DNA from: Berkelbacteria bacterium GW2011_GWE1_39_12
GTDB taxonomy: Bacteria > Patescibacteriota > UBA1384 > UBA12157
Direction: 5' to 3'
Length of the DNA stretch: 64,000 nt
Assembly: GCA_001029735.1 (NCBI GenBank)
Contig: CP011213.1
Location: forward strand, 396,613 to 460,612
Part shown: piece by piece, positions 39,741 to 49,986 of the stretch
Position numbering within the stretch: the first letter of the stretch is position 1
How the letters are laid out: the number at the start of each line of letters is the position of its first letter
Made by a program: the position numbers and the translations under genes
Notes under the pieces: model-generated
What the model was told of the DNA's origin: nothing
Database searches by the model: none
The model's input: the letters and a program-made list of their open reading frames with translations, nothing else

Positions 39741-39835
39741 TTGTTCAGGTTCAAATAAGGCATTTAACCTCATCCTATCTTGAAACATCCCAGTATACCA
39801 AAAAATGACTCAAATGTCAAGTGTTTTGAGTCATT
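39741..39835 (-). promoter_or_regulatory. Promoter plus boxA-like leader without adjacent TrmB
   Basis: TTGACA-17-TATACT; AAGATAGGATGAGG; GAACCTGAACAA 39741-39752; -35 lies in the loop of an 11-bp inverted repeat. Confidence 0.6.
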
Positions 39836-39852
39836 CTAAGTGAGCTATAGTA

Positions 39853-40959
39853 CTAAAGCATTCGTTGTCTGTTTTCGAGTTCAGTGCTTGCTTGTCTTAG
39901 ACGAGATCCTATTTGCCAAATTGGATGATCACTATCAACACTGTCCCTAGATAATTCATTAGTTGCGTTTCTTAATCGATTAATAAAATGCATCGCATCT
40001 TCCAAAATTGCGCCGACCATTTCCCAATTATGTTGTAATTGTTCGCTCGAGTCAGCTAATCTTTGTTGTGCTATGTTAGTTTCATCGTCTTCGATTGCCT
40101 TGTTAACTGATCGAAGCTTTCCAGCTTCATCAATAATATTTAATAAGCGATTATTTAGCTTGCCGATATATTCTTCGTTGAATCTTTGCAAAGGTCGATA
40201 CCATGGTTCGTTTGGTGAGATATCAGTCGAAATAGTCCGAAGACGAGCAGATATGTTTCGCAAATCCTCAGCCAATTCTCGATTTTTTACCATTTTTTCA
40301 GTTATTGTTTGCTGGTCTAATAAAACGTCTTTTGTTTCTTCAGGTTCTTCTTTTTCTTCTTGAATCGCTTCTTCGGTAGATGTTTCTGCCGCAACATCTT
40401 CTGGCATAATTAGTGTTTCGGCGACGGGTGGTTCTTCTGCCTCTGCCGGCTCTTCTGCGGCGGCAGGATTTGTTAATTCATCGGTTTGTGTAGATGATTC
40501 AATCTGCGGTTGATCCGCCGTACTAGACGGTGTCTCCGGTGTCAATTTTTCCTTATTTTGTCTTAAGGTAGTAATTATCGCTTGAACCTCTTTTCGCCAC
40601 AAACTATAACGATCTTTTACCTCTGCAATCTGTTTTTTTGCCCACGCTTCGTTGTCGTCCTGAAAATTTATTTCTTTACGGCGCTTATACTCCGCTCGAA
40701 TATCGTCAACATCTTGCCTTTCTTCGTCTCGATACTGCTCAATTAAGCCTCGCTGCTTATTGATTCTGTCATCTAGTAAGGCGGCTTTTGCGTTCATGTC
40801 TAATTCCGGATTTGCCAAATAAGCGTCAATTTTTCTTTGCGCTTCTTCACGAACATAATCTAATTCTTGCTCCTCAGTTTTAGGCTGCTGCTCCTCTTGG
40901 GCTGGCATTTTAGTTTCTTCGTTTCCACCTTCAACCGATTGTATTTCTTGCGTATCCAT
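39853..40959 (-). CDS. Hypothetical coiled-coil protein
   Basis: 368-aa ORF abutting the upstream gene. Confidence 0.75.
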   Translation of the reverse strand: MDTQEIQSVEGGNEETKMPAQEEQQPKTEEQELDYVREEAQRKIDAYLANPELDMNAKAALLDDRINKQRGLIEQYRDEERQDVDDIRAEYKRRKEINFQDDNEAWAKKQIAEVKDRYSLWRKEVQAIITTLRQNKEKLTPETPSSTADQPQIESSTQTDELTNPAAAEEPAEAEEPPVAETLIMPEDVAAETSTEEAIQEEKEEPEETKDVLLDQQTITEKMVKNRELAEDLRNISARLRTISTDISPNEPWYRPLQRFNEEYIGKLNNRLLNIIDEAGKLRSVNKAIEDDETNIAQQRLADSSEQLQHNWEMVGAILEDAMHFINRLRNATNELSRDSVDSDHPIWQIGSRLRQASTELENRQRML

Positions 40960-41787
40960 TTACAAATGAATTACTTCAACCAAATGAGTAGCAATTGCTG
41001 AAAGCAAATCCTCATCTGAATTAATTTGAGTATTTTTTTTCTTAATCTCCAATGTTATTTTCATTGCTCGTTCGGATTTAGTAATGATTTCTGTAATCAC
41101 ACCCAAATTCTTTTTTTCCTTAAACGTGTTTAACTGCATGGATGTTCGGCCGCATCTACCCATAAAAATAATTGCTTCATCCATAACTTTTGGATTCGGT
41201 TGTGTACCCTTTGATAGCAACGCTTCATATTCTTTCTGCATTTTAACCGAGATCTTTGCTTCTTCAGCCAATAAAGCGTTAATTTGATCAGGAATCAATT
41301 TTAAGAAAAATTTTACATCGTTTTCATAGTTAAACGCGTCGTACTCAGCTAAAACTGCCTTAAGTGACAACGTAGCATTGTATACCTTACCGGCACGACC
41401 ATGGTAATCCGCATAATCAAAATCTTTCGGTAATTTTGCTTCGGGTAAAACTGTTTGGATTTGTTTTAAGATAGGTTCTGGTTTTCCTGTCTGATCTTCG
41501 GCTATAAATTCAATTATTTTCTCATTTTGTTCTTTAGTAAGTTTTTTTGGAGCTGGCCCATTTTGGATTTCTTCGGGAATAAAATCATCAGCGATTAAGG
41601 AACCCAGAAGCATGACATCGCCATCGATTGCTCGATCAAAAACATCGTTGAAATAATCTTCTTTTTTATATTTTTTAATGATTTCATCGTACGGTAAATC
41701 AAGAAGCTCATTTAACAGCTCTTCGTTTCTTTTATTGTAATTCTTGTCGTAGTCCTGATCAGGTTGTAAATTGGTATGGTTGTTCAT
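40960..41787 (-). CDS. Hypothetical protein
   Basis: 275-aa ORF, start overlaps upstream stop. Confidence 0.75.
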   Translation of the reverse strand: MNNHTNLQPDQDYDKNYNKRNEELLNELLDLPYDEIIKKYKKEDYFNDVFDRAIDGDVMLLGSLIADDFIPEEIQNGPAPKKLTKEQNEKIIEFIAEDQTGKPEPILKQIQTVLPEAKLPKDFDYADYHGRAGKVYNATLSLKAVLAEYDAFNYENDVKFFLKLIPDQINALLAEEAKISVKMQKEYEALLSKGTQPNPKVMDEAIIFMGRCGRTSMQLNTFKEKKNLGVITEIITKSERAMKITLEIKKKNTQINSDEDLLSAIATHLVEVIHL

Positions 41788-44573
41788 TATTTATTCTCCG
41801 TCCATTCGTGCTCACCGACTGGGCGTTGGCGCCCTAATCTCGATCCGGCGCTATTTGAAAGTTGAAGCGCTGGATCTTCTTCGGCTTGTGTAAGATAACG
41901 GTCTACAAAATCTTTAGCTGCTGTTGAATCTGGGCCGGAACCTTTTACTTGAAGTTTTGTGAAGTCGATTCCTTCCAAAGCTTTTTCTTGATCAGGTCCT
42001 AAACCATTCCAGGCAGCTTTTTTATCTGGTTCAGACATAGCATCCCAGTTGACGCCTTGGGACTTCATATACTGCTTTGCTATTTCCATTTCTACGTATG
42101 GTTTATACTTATCACTCATTGAATCAATACTTTTTTTCGCCGCCGAGGATTTAAATTTGCCTCTTCCAGCCCCTGTCATAAGATCGTTAAATCCGTTAAT
42201 CGTTTCTAGACCAGCCGCATCACCATGTCTCGCCGATTTCATAACACTATGAATTGCTCCTAGCTGAACTATTGATGCTCTTGCCGCTGCTTCGGTACTT
42301 TTATGTGTATTACCGGTTAGCATATTATGCATATCTTGTTGATTTCCTCTGGCTTCGCCAGTCCCGTAGCTACCTTTTTTAACATCTTCAATCAATTGCT
42401 TTGGTGAGTTTGAAATTTCTTGTACATGAATTTCGTCTGCTATGTCAGGATTGATAATTTTTTGTCGTCGACCAGCCAAGTTGTTCGATAGATATCTTTT
42501 TTTATATTCAACATTATTTCCTAGATTCGATCTAACAAATGTCGCCCTTTCGACCATTTGATCAGCTTTAAATTTAGCCTCATCTCTTTCTGCCTGTGTT
42601 TTTGTCATATCGGCTGAATCTGCTCGGTGAATTCTTTCTTGCGCATCTAGTGAATTTGCCATATCGTCGCTATATGTGGCATGTGTTGTTTCAAATTCAG
42701 TTGCTTTAGCTTCGAAATGCTTGGCGGCCCTTTCCAGCCCTTCTCGTTTTCTTTGATCTCTCTCAGTAGTTGCTTTAAATCTTAACTGTTCTGCCGATTC
42801 TCTTGCTTCTGCATAATTGACCTTTTTGGTTGTCCCGGGTGCTAATTGTGTACCATCGAGATCGTATTCAGCATCAATGCCGACAGCATTAGGGCCGTCG
42901 TTGATTTCTTTAACAAAAGTCCTTAAATCGACATTTCTTCTTAAATCTCTTTCGGCCATAACCTGCGCATCTTGTCCGGCACGTTTTGCCAGTCGTTCCT
43001 TAAGCATTGTCAGCCGATTATCTTGTTCAAGATAACGGTTTTTTACATCCATGGCGGTAGTTGGTCTTCCGTCAGGATTGGCATTTCCGCTTAAGTCATA
43101 AATCTGATGAAGTTCGGCTGGTGTTAAATTATTAAATGCGCCTTCTCTAATCACTGCTTCAGTATTTCCTTTTGATTGTTCTAGTTGATTTTTAGCAAAT
43201 TCAACCTCTTTTTCTCTTAATTGTTGGGTGATAGCTTGGTGGCTATCGACTGGTCCTCGTGCTTCAATTTCAGCATTTGCTTCTTCTCTTTCAATACCGC
43301 CGGCAGCATTAATAGAATCAAGTTTTTCTCGGCCAATATCCGCTCTATGCTGTTGGATATACATGCCGATCTGAGTTTTAATAGTGGAATCTAATCTGCC
43401 CTTTGCGCGTTCTAGTGCTTTTTCGTTTTCGGCAAAATCTGCATGTCGTGTTCTTACCTCTCCTTCGCGATCAGTTAATTGAGTGTCTCGGCGATTTTTA
43501 TAATTGGCAATCAATCCTTCTTCGTTCTTTCTGCCACGATCCATCCAAGCACCAACCCTAGTATTTCCTAGTCCGACTCCCCATGCGCCCTTGGCAAGAT
43601 CTTTCTTTCTCTGAATGTTTTCGTCAATTGGCTTTCTTAAATAACCATCTTTTTTGGTACCAGTGACGTATTGCCCAAATTTACTCCAAGCGCCCATCAC
43701 ACCGCCGCCAAGTTTGAACGGGACAACAGCGGCCATATACAATACGCCACAAACAGCAAATTGGGCCGAAATACTGTAAGGGCCGCCGCTTATAGTTGCG
43801 CAGTTGCCCTGACCGATTTGGCCCGCTGCCCAGAGTAAAAACATTACAACCGGGCCCATAAATGTCCATTTTAAAAACCAGCTCCACCATTGTTTAAAAA
43901 CAGTTTGAGTTGGTGGAAAGGCATACATGATAAAGGCGACTGGAGCTACAGCGACACAAAGGAAAATAACAAATTTTCTAATCCAAAGTAAGAATGCCAA
44001 AATAAAAACAGCAATCATGGTGGCTACAAGAGTTAAAATAACGACAATTAAGCCGCCGGCGACTACGCCCTCTGGATTCGAAAGTAATAGGAAATATATT
44101 TGATTGCTACTCAATTGAAAACCCATGCCACAAAGCAGATTCTCAGTTAAACCCCTTGCATCTTGAGCAAAAGTGTTGGTCAAAACCTGAGCGGCGTCAA
44201 CAATCATTCTGCAAATCAGCAGGCTAAAGTTGGCCATAATAATGCCGATAATTAATAAAGGCAAAGATTTTTTAATGGCATATGTGTCGTACTGCAAGTG
44301 GGTGATGTTAACAGTGGCAACAAATATTAGCATTGCTATAACTACGACGTTAGCTAAAGAAAGTGCTATTCGCCAAATATTAAAAATCCATTGAGTGTCA
44401 GGGGAACCTGGGCTAGTTAAGTCTTCGTGCAAAGTTTGAGCGTGGCTTAAACCAAATGAAGGCGTTAAATGTTGGAAATGGCCAAACAAAAATAAGCCAA
44501 CAATAACAAAGAGGGCAGAAAGAAATCCGGCTAAAATAATTTTATCTTTTTTGGTCATCGTTTGTATTACCAT
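41787..44573 (-). CDS. VirB6/TrbL-like polytopic membrane protein with long soluble tail
   Basis: W......AN, LP.LIIG.I.ANFS..I...I.D, R......AP.AF.....P....F.QWW TM pattern. Confidence 0.7.
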   Translation of the reverse strand: MVIQTMTKKDKIILAGFLSALFVIVGLFLFGHFQHLTPSFGLSHAQTLHEDLTSPGSPDTQWIFNIWRIALSLANVVVIAMLIFVATVNITHLQYDTYAIKKSLPLLIIGIIMANFSLLICRMIVDAAQVLTNTFAQDARGLTENLLCGMGFQLSSNQIYFLLLSNPEGVVAGGLIVVILTLVATMIAVFILAFLLWIRKFVIFLCVAVAPVAFIMYAFPPTQTVFKQWWSWFLKWTFMGPVVMFLLWAAGQIGQGNCATISGGPYSISAQFAVCGVLYMAAVVPFKLGGGVMGAWSKFGQYVTGTKKDGYLRKPIDENIQRKKDLAKGAWGVGLGNTRVGAWMDRGRKNEEGLIANYKNRRDTQLTDREGEVRTRHADFAENEKALERAKGRLDSTIKTQIGMYIQQHRADIGREKLDSINAAGGIEREEANAEIEARGPVDSHQAITQQLREKEVEFAKNQLEQSKGNTEAVIREGAFNNLTPAELHQIYDLSGNANPDGRPTTAMDVKNRYLEQDNRLTMLKERLAKRAGQDAQVMAERDLRRNVDLRTFVKEINDGPNAVGIDAEYDLDGTQLAPGTTKKVNYAEARESAEQLRFKATTERDQRKREGLERAAKHFEAKATEFETTHATYSDDMANSLDAQERIHRADSADMTKTQAERDEAKFKADQMVERATFVRSNLGNNVEYKKRYLSNNLAGRRQKIINPDIADEIHVQEISNSPKQLIEDVKKGSYGTGEARGNQQDMHNMLTGNTHKSTEAAARASIVQLGAIHSVMKSARHGDAAGLETINGFNDLMTGAGRGKFKSSAAKKSIDSMSDKYKPYVEMEIAKQYMKSQGVNWDAMSEPDKKAAWNGLGPDQEKALEGIDFTKLQVKGSGPDSTAAKDFVDRYLTQAEEDPALQLSNSAGSRLGRQRPVGEHEWTENK

Positions 44574-44998
44574 TCATCGCCACTACTGTCACCGTCGGTC
44601 GTATCTGCTACTGGAGGAGTAGGTGTAGGGGTAGGTGTAGCTCTGGTTGGGTCTGAATCAGTTATTGGCATAGTGGGACATGCACGGCTAGGATCTCCTT
44701 CTTTACACAAACCAAGAGCAGGGTAAAGAACTTTACCGATTACCCAGCCAATCATTGTGGCTTCCCAGTCAATAATCGTACATTGCATGTTGCAAATGGC
44801 GTTCCTGATGTTGTCGTCAACTTTCCACCACCAAGTGCCTCCAGGGCATTTGTCTTTACAGATATCAGTTACCTCTCCTGCTTGGGCTTTGGCGATTTTA
44901 GGGGTTTGTAGAACAGTGCCAAAAAAAGTAACAAAAAAGAAAGAAAGTACCAAAATAAAGGAAGTGGCGGTTCTAACTTTTTTTGAGTGCATATTCAT
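44567..44998 (-). CDS. Exported Cys-rich small protein
   Basis: Signal peptide ..PKIAKA-Q, six Cys, PT-rich tail. Confidence 0.65.
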   Translation of the reverse strand: MNMHSKKVRTATSFILVLSFFFVTFFGTVLQTPKIAKAQAGEVTDICKDKCPGGTWWWKVDDNIRNAICNMQCTIIDWEATMIGWVIGKVLYPALGLCKEGDPSRACPTMPITDSDPTRATPTPTPTPPVADTTDGDSSGDEW

Positions 44999-45127
44999 TA
45001 AGAAGCCCTCCTTTAATTGGCTTTTCTTTATATTTCGGAATAATGAAATTCAGCGATTTGCAATAAGCAAATCTATATTTCGGATTACGGAAATCAGCTA
45101 AGTAAATTTATTGTATCATCAAACAAT

Positions 45128-47323
45128 TCATTTTGGCCAATGTGCGGTGATCAATTGTTCTTCGTTGACTAACCCATTTTCTTTCAAATTTTGCCAAATT
45201 TTCTCGGTCACAAAAGGCATGAATGGGTGAAGCAGTTTAAGAGTAGTCTTTAAAGTGTAAAGTAAAATGTATAAAGTATTTTCTTTCAACTCTGGCGTAT
45301 CAACTTGGTTTTTACTTGCTTCTATATAAATGTCTGCAAAATCGTGCCAAACAAAATCGTATAAGTCATGGGCGGCTTGGCCAAAGCGAAAGTTATCCAA
45401 ATTTTCATCTGTCGACTTAATCACTTCATTTAATCGAGATAATATCTGCTTATCTGCTTCGGTTTTTGGCGCTAACTTGTCATTGCGAGAAGCCGAAGGC
45501 GACGCGGCAATCCAGTCATTATTAGAGATTGCTTCGCTGTTGCTCGCAATGACCATGTTATCTATTTGCATCATGGTGAACCGGGCAATATTCCAAACTT
45601 TATTGGCAAATTTTTGAGCGGCTAAAATAGCTGCTTCATCAAATTTCAGATCTTGAGTCCCAGTATTGATGTACATTAGACCAAATCGGGTAGCATCTGC
45701 TCCATATTTGTCGATCAAAAGTAGAGGATCAACCCCTGTGCCGAGCGATTTACTCATACGCTTACCTTCTTTATTGAAGACGGTTGGATGAATATAGACT
45801 TGAGAAAATGGTTTTTCTTTCATTAGCTCTAATCCGGAGAAAATCATTCGAACAACCCAAAGCATATTAATATCTCGAGCGGTACTTAAAATGGTGGTAG
45901 GATAGAAATAGGAAAGATCGTTTAATTTGTCATCGCAAGATTGCTTCGCCTGTTGGCTCGCAATGACATCCTTTGAGGCGCCGCCCAGAGGGCTCTGCCC
46001 GGCGGGCCAACCCAGAGTGGCAAAAGGCCACAAGGCAGATGAAAACCAAGTATCCAAAACATCTGTCTCGCCTTCGATTGGAATAGTGTGCCCCCACCAA
46101 ATTTGTCGGGAAATGCACCAGTCACGAATATTATCCATCCAGTCGATATATACTTTTTTCCATCGATCAGGAGTAATTTTTATCTCATCATTTTTGATCG
46201 CTTCGAGGGCCGGCTTGATCAATTCCGACATTTTTAAGAACCATTGCTTTGATGGTTGAGGCTCGATCTCTCTGTTACAACGATAGCAAACACTTAAATT
46301 GTTGGTGATATCTTCTTCTTTTTCCAGTAAGTTTTCTTCTTTTAGCCATTCAACTATTTTTTCCCTTGCCTCTTTGGCTTTTAACCCTTCATATTGGCCG
46401 GCCTCTTTGGTCATTTTCCCATATTGATTGATAACTTTAACTATATCTAAGCCATTTTTTTCGGCCATTTCATAATCAACCAGTGAGTGGGCAGGAGTTA
46501 CTCCAACGGCGCCGGTACCAAAAGTCATGTCAACATTTCGGTCGCCGATAACTCTTATCTCTCGTTTTACACCAGCAAAGTTAACTGTGAAAGTTTTATC
46601 AATGTATTCTGCATATCTTTTGTCTTTTGGATTCACAGCTACACCAGTATCACCCAGTTTAGTTTCTGGTCTGGTAGTGGCAATCGAGATCGGAAAATCA
46701 TTATCATATTTAAAGTAATACAGCTTGGCGGGTTGTTCTATATATTCAACTTCAATATCGGAAAGGGAAGTTTGGCAGCGCACGCACCAGTTAATAACGC
46801 GTTCGCCTTGGTAGATCCAGCCTTTGTCGTAATAATGTTTAAAAGCGGTTTTAACGGCTTCGGTATAACCTTCGTCCATAGTGAAACGTTGTCTTGACCA
46901 GTCACACGAACAGCCCATTTTTTTAAGCTGATCGATAATAATATGGCCTTTTTCGTCAACCCATTGCCATATTTCTTTTTCAAATTCTTCCCGTCCAAGT
47001 TCTTGGCGGGTTTTACCTTCTTTGGCTAACTTTTTTTCCACCACGTTTTGAGTGGCAATACCAGCATGATCGGTCCCAGGAATCCAAAGGGTGGGAATTT
47101 GCTTCATTCGAGCACGACGGATTAAAATATCTTGAATCGTATTATTGAGCGCATGACCCATATGAAGAGAACCAGTCACATTTGGTGGTGGAATGCATAT
47201 AACAAAAGGGACGACAGAAACGTCAGAGGCAATAGGTTTAAAGGCACCAGACTTTTCCCATAACGAATATATATCCGCTTCGGTTTCTTTCGGATTGTAT
47301 GATTTGGCTAATTCTTCTTGCAT
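45128..47323 (-). CDS. valS: Valine--tRNA ligase (short form; two in-frame repeat insertions)
   Basis: PPPNVTGSLHMGHA, DHAGIATQ, DWCISRQIWWGH, RMSKSLG. Confidence 0.98.
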   Translation of the reverse strand: MQEELAKSYNPKETEADIYSLWEKSGAFKPIASDVSVVPFVICIPPPNVTGSLHMGHALNNTIQDILIRRARMKQIPTLWIPGTDHAGIATQNVVEKKLAKEGKTRQELGREEFEKEIWQWVDEKGHIIIDQLKKMGCSCDWSRQRFTMDEGYTEAVKTAFKHYYDKGWIYQGERVINWCVRCQTSLSDIEVEYIEQPAKLYYFKYDNDFPISIATTRPETKLGDTGVAVNPKDKRYAEYIDKTFTVNFAGVKREIRVIGDRNVDMTFGTGAVGVTPAHSLVDYEMAEKNGLDIVKVINQYGKMTKEAGQYEGLKAKEAREKIVEWLKEENLLEKEEDITNNLSVCYRCNREIEPQPSKQWFLKMSELIKPALEAIKNDEIKITPDRWKKVYIDWMDNIRDWCISRQIWWGHTIPIEGETDVLDTWFSSALWPFATLGWPAGQSPLGGASKDVIASQQAKQSCDDKLNDLSYFYPTTILSTARDINMLWVVRMIFSGLELMKEKPFSQVYIHPTVFNKEGKRMSKSLGTGVDPLLLIDKYGADATRFGLMYINTGTQDLKFDEAAILAAQKFANKVWNIARFTMMQIDNMVIASNSEAISNNDWIAASPSASRNDKLAPKTEADKQILSRLNEVIKSTDENLDNFRFGQAAHDLYDFVWHDFADIYIEASKNQVDTPELKENTLYILLYTLKTTLKLLHPFMPFVTEKIWQNLKENGLVNEEQLITAHWPK

Positions 47324-47466
47324 AATTTTAACTTCACAATTTATCGCTTAAAATTTCCGCGCAAATCTCTGATTTGCTATAAGATTATTTTATCAGAACT
47401 CTAACTGCTTGACAATGTGACTTTTAACTTGGTAAAATTTGCTCGTCTGAGAAAGGGGGAAGTCTT

Positions 47467-47742
47467 GTGTGTAGAAAAATCGTTCGTAATGACTTCGAAT
47501 CTATCTTTGTCCGGTTATTGAAGGACGGCGATGCTGACATTATCATTTCCCAGCATTTCGATCGGCAAACAGATTTTTATTGGTGTCATATAACCTTTCG
47601 GTTGGAAAATGATGCTGAAGAAATCGAAAAGCAAACCAGTTGGAAAGTTTCAGAAAAACGCGGCGAATTTTCTTGCCTCTTTGCCGAACTAAGCGAAGAT
47701 GATATTCGCCGTAAGCTCAACGAGATTGGTTACAATTCATGA
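47467..47742 (+). CDS. Hypothetical protein in stand-alone cassette
   Basis: TTGACA-17-TAAAAT upstream, GGGGG RBS, terminator at about 47754-47780. Confidence 0.55.
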   Translation: MCRKIVRNDFESIFVRLLKDGDADIIISQHFDRQTDFYWCHITFRLENDAEEIEKQTSWKVSEKRGEFSCLFAELSEDDIRRKLNEIGYNS

Positions 47743-47835
47743 AAGAACTATCGACTCCTCGGATTTCCTAGGAGTTTTTTATAAGGCAGATCTTGCCAGT
47801 AAGGCTAAAATCGAGCAAGACATAGTAAACAGAAA

Positions 47836-48909
47836 CTACAGCTTTAAGTTCGAATCGGCATTGATATTTTCGAATGTCGTATATTTTGACTTGTCCATAT
47901 AAGCGGCGGCAAGGCCGACCATGGCGGCATTGTCGGTACTCAAAACAATCGGGGGGACATGAAAACTGACTTTTTCGTCATCGTGAGGCCAAAGGCCGTG
48001 GCGATCTATTGACGGATTGAGAGATTGCTTCGCCGAAGCTCGCAATGACATTACGGCTTTTTGCATCTGTTCCCTTAACTCTTTGTTAGCGGAAACTCCG
48101 CCACAGAGGCAAATCGATTTTGGTTGGTATTCATATGCTGCCCTAATAGTTTTGTTAATCAAAATATCAACTACAGTTTGTTGAAAAGAAGCGGCGATAT
48201 CTTTTTTATTTTTCTCAGAAAGCTCACCCATTTTTTTAGTTTCATTTAATACGGCAGTTTTGAGCCCTGAAAAACTAAAGTTATAATCTTTTCGGTCGGT
48301 CATCGCTCGAGGAAAATTAAAGGCTTTCGGATCGCCTTCTTCGGCCGCTTTTGATATAGCCGGTCCGCCCGGGTAGCCTAACCCTAATAAATTTGATATT
48401 TTATCGAACGCCTCGCCCGCGGCATCATCTAAAGTTTCGCCAAGAGGTTTGATCTTATCGTAATCCTCCATTAAGACTAGACCGGTATGTCCGCCAGAAA
48501 CGATTAAAAAGAGAGCGGGGAATTGGGGGTGTGGCTCTTCTGCCCAGTTTGAGTAAATATGTCCGAGCCAGTGGTTAATGCCAATAATAGGTTTATTTCT
48601 GGCAAAGGCGTAAGTTTTGGCAAAGTTAACACCAACAAGAAGGGATCCAATCAGACCGGGGCCAACTGTGACAGCAACTAAATCCGGATCAATGCCATTT
48701 AGTGCCTCCTCCACGACAGGTATAATCTTTTCGGCATGAGCTCTTGAAGCTTTCTCTGGAAAAACACCACCAAATTCCTTATGAATGTCGATTTGTGAAG
48801 CAATTACATTCGATAAAATACGGATACCGTTTTCTCCGCCCGCTGGCGGATTTTCAATGACCGATGCGGCTGTTTCATCGCAGCTGGATTCTATGGCTAA
48901 AATATACAT
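47836..48909 (-). CDS. tsaD: tRNA threonylcarbamoyltransferase TsaD (two in-frame repeat insertions)
   Basis: ILAIESSCDET, H..GH, VSGGHT, DDAAGEAFDK, FSFSGLKT, DNAAM. Confidence 0.98.
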   Translation of the reverse strand: MYILAIESSCDETAASVIENPPAGGENGIRILSNVIASQIDIHKEFGGVFPEKASRAHAEKIIPVVEEALNGIDPDLVAVTVGPGLIGSLLVGVNFAKTYAFARNKPIIGINHWLGHIYSNWAEEPHPQFPALFLIVSGGHTGLVLMEDYDKIKPLGETLDDAAGEAFDKISNLLGLGYPGGPAISKAAEEGDPKAFNFPRAMTDRKDYNFSFSGLKTAVLNETKKMGELSEKNKKDIAASFQQTVVDILINKTIRAAYEYQPKSICLCGGVSANKELREQMQKAVMSLRASAKQSLNPSIDRHGLWPHDDEKVSFHVPPIVLSTDNAAMVGLAAAYMDKSKYTTFENINADSNLKL

Positions 48910-49012
48910 ATTTATTCCTAGGTATGGGATTGACTTTTCTTCTTAAATTCATTAATATTAAACCATAATTTCTGCCGGTTGAACAGGGCAGAAGGATAAG
49001 GGGGGAGACTAG

Positions 49013-49915
49013 ATGAAGCCATTAAGGATTGGCACGCTGGCAACGGCTGGAGATTACGGAGCACAGGAGGTTATTAAGGCAGCAATTTTGGCATCTCGTT
49101 ACTGCTCGCCCAGTAATGACTTCGATCTGGTGGTTTATGCCAAGAAGGGCAGCTCAGAAGGTTTTTCCATGGATGACATGGGTCGGATCGCATATTACGA
49201 AACCGGTAATACTGACACCTCGGAAATAAGGGCGGCTTTCGAAGCTCTGAGACGAGGCGACATTAATGCGATCGTTACTCCAAAGAATAGCCATGACTTA
49301 ATGGCCATGGCTAAGAACTACATGAACCCGGATATTGAACGGCCGGGATTGATTGGCGGCTTTCCGACAATGGGTGGGATTCGTTATGTTACAGATATTG
49401 GCGCCACATCTCGTGTAGATGATCCAAAAGTCTTTGCCGGCTTGGCTGAACTTGGCCGTGACTATTTGATCAGACATTGTGGTATAGCCTCACCGAGAAT
49501 CGGTCTGCATAATATCTCGACTGAGCATGCCTATCCGACGCTTCAGCGAGCCTACGAATTACTCGATGGTTTTCCTGGTTTTGTCGGCTACGCCGAGCCT
49601 GCTAAATTTTGGGCAGGTGAAATAGACCTTCTGCTCATAGACGGATTTGGCGGAAACTCTAAGCTTAAGGATTTCGAGAGAATCGGCCTGATGACAGTAT
49701 CGATGTGTGCAGATGCTTTGTCAAAGGCCGGTTACTTTGATGCTGCTAAAGCATTGCCCGGTATCATGAAGGCCAGACTAAGCTATGATTCTTATCTCAT
49801 CAGCCTTCTTTTAGGTCCGGGTTGGGTCTTTCGTACACACGGCAACTGCAAAGCCGAACAATTGGCAAAGGCATTTGCCATGGCCGTCAAGCATCCTATC
49901 CAAGAACCGTACTAA
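49013..49915 (+). CDS. plsX: PlsX-like phosphate acyltransferase (divergent)
   Basis: GDYG, IERPG, DIGA, PRIGL.NI..E, F.GY.E, DGF.GN..LK, .HG in PlsX order. Confidence 0.75.
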   Translation: MKPLRIGTLATAGDYGAQEVIKAAILASRYCSPSNDFDLVVYAKKGSSEGFSMDDMGRIAYYETGNTDTSEIRAAFEALRRGDINAIVTPKNSHDLMAMAKNYMNPDIERPGLIGGFPTMGGIRYVTDIGATSRVDDPKVFAGLAELGRDYLIRHCGIASPRIGLHNISTEHAYPTLQRAYELLDGFPGFVGYAEPAKFWAGEIDLLLIDGFGGNSKLKDFERIGLMTVSMCADALSKAGYFDAAKALPGIMKARLSYDSYLISLLLGPGWVFRTHGNCKAEQLAKAFAMAVKHPIQEPY

Positions 49916-49986
49916 AATGCATTTTATCGCGCGTCTATTTAGGCGCGTTTTTCATTAGGAGAAAATTATAGTAAAATGTAGTTACG

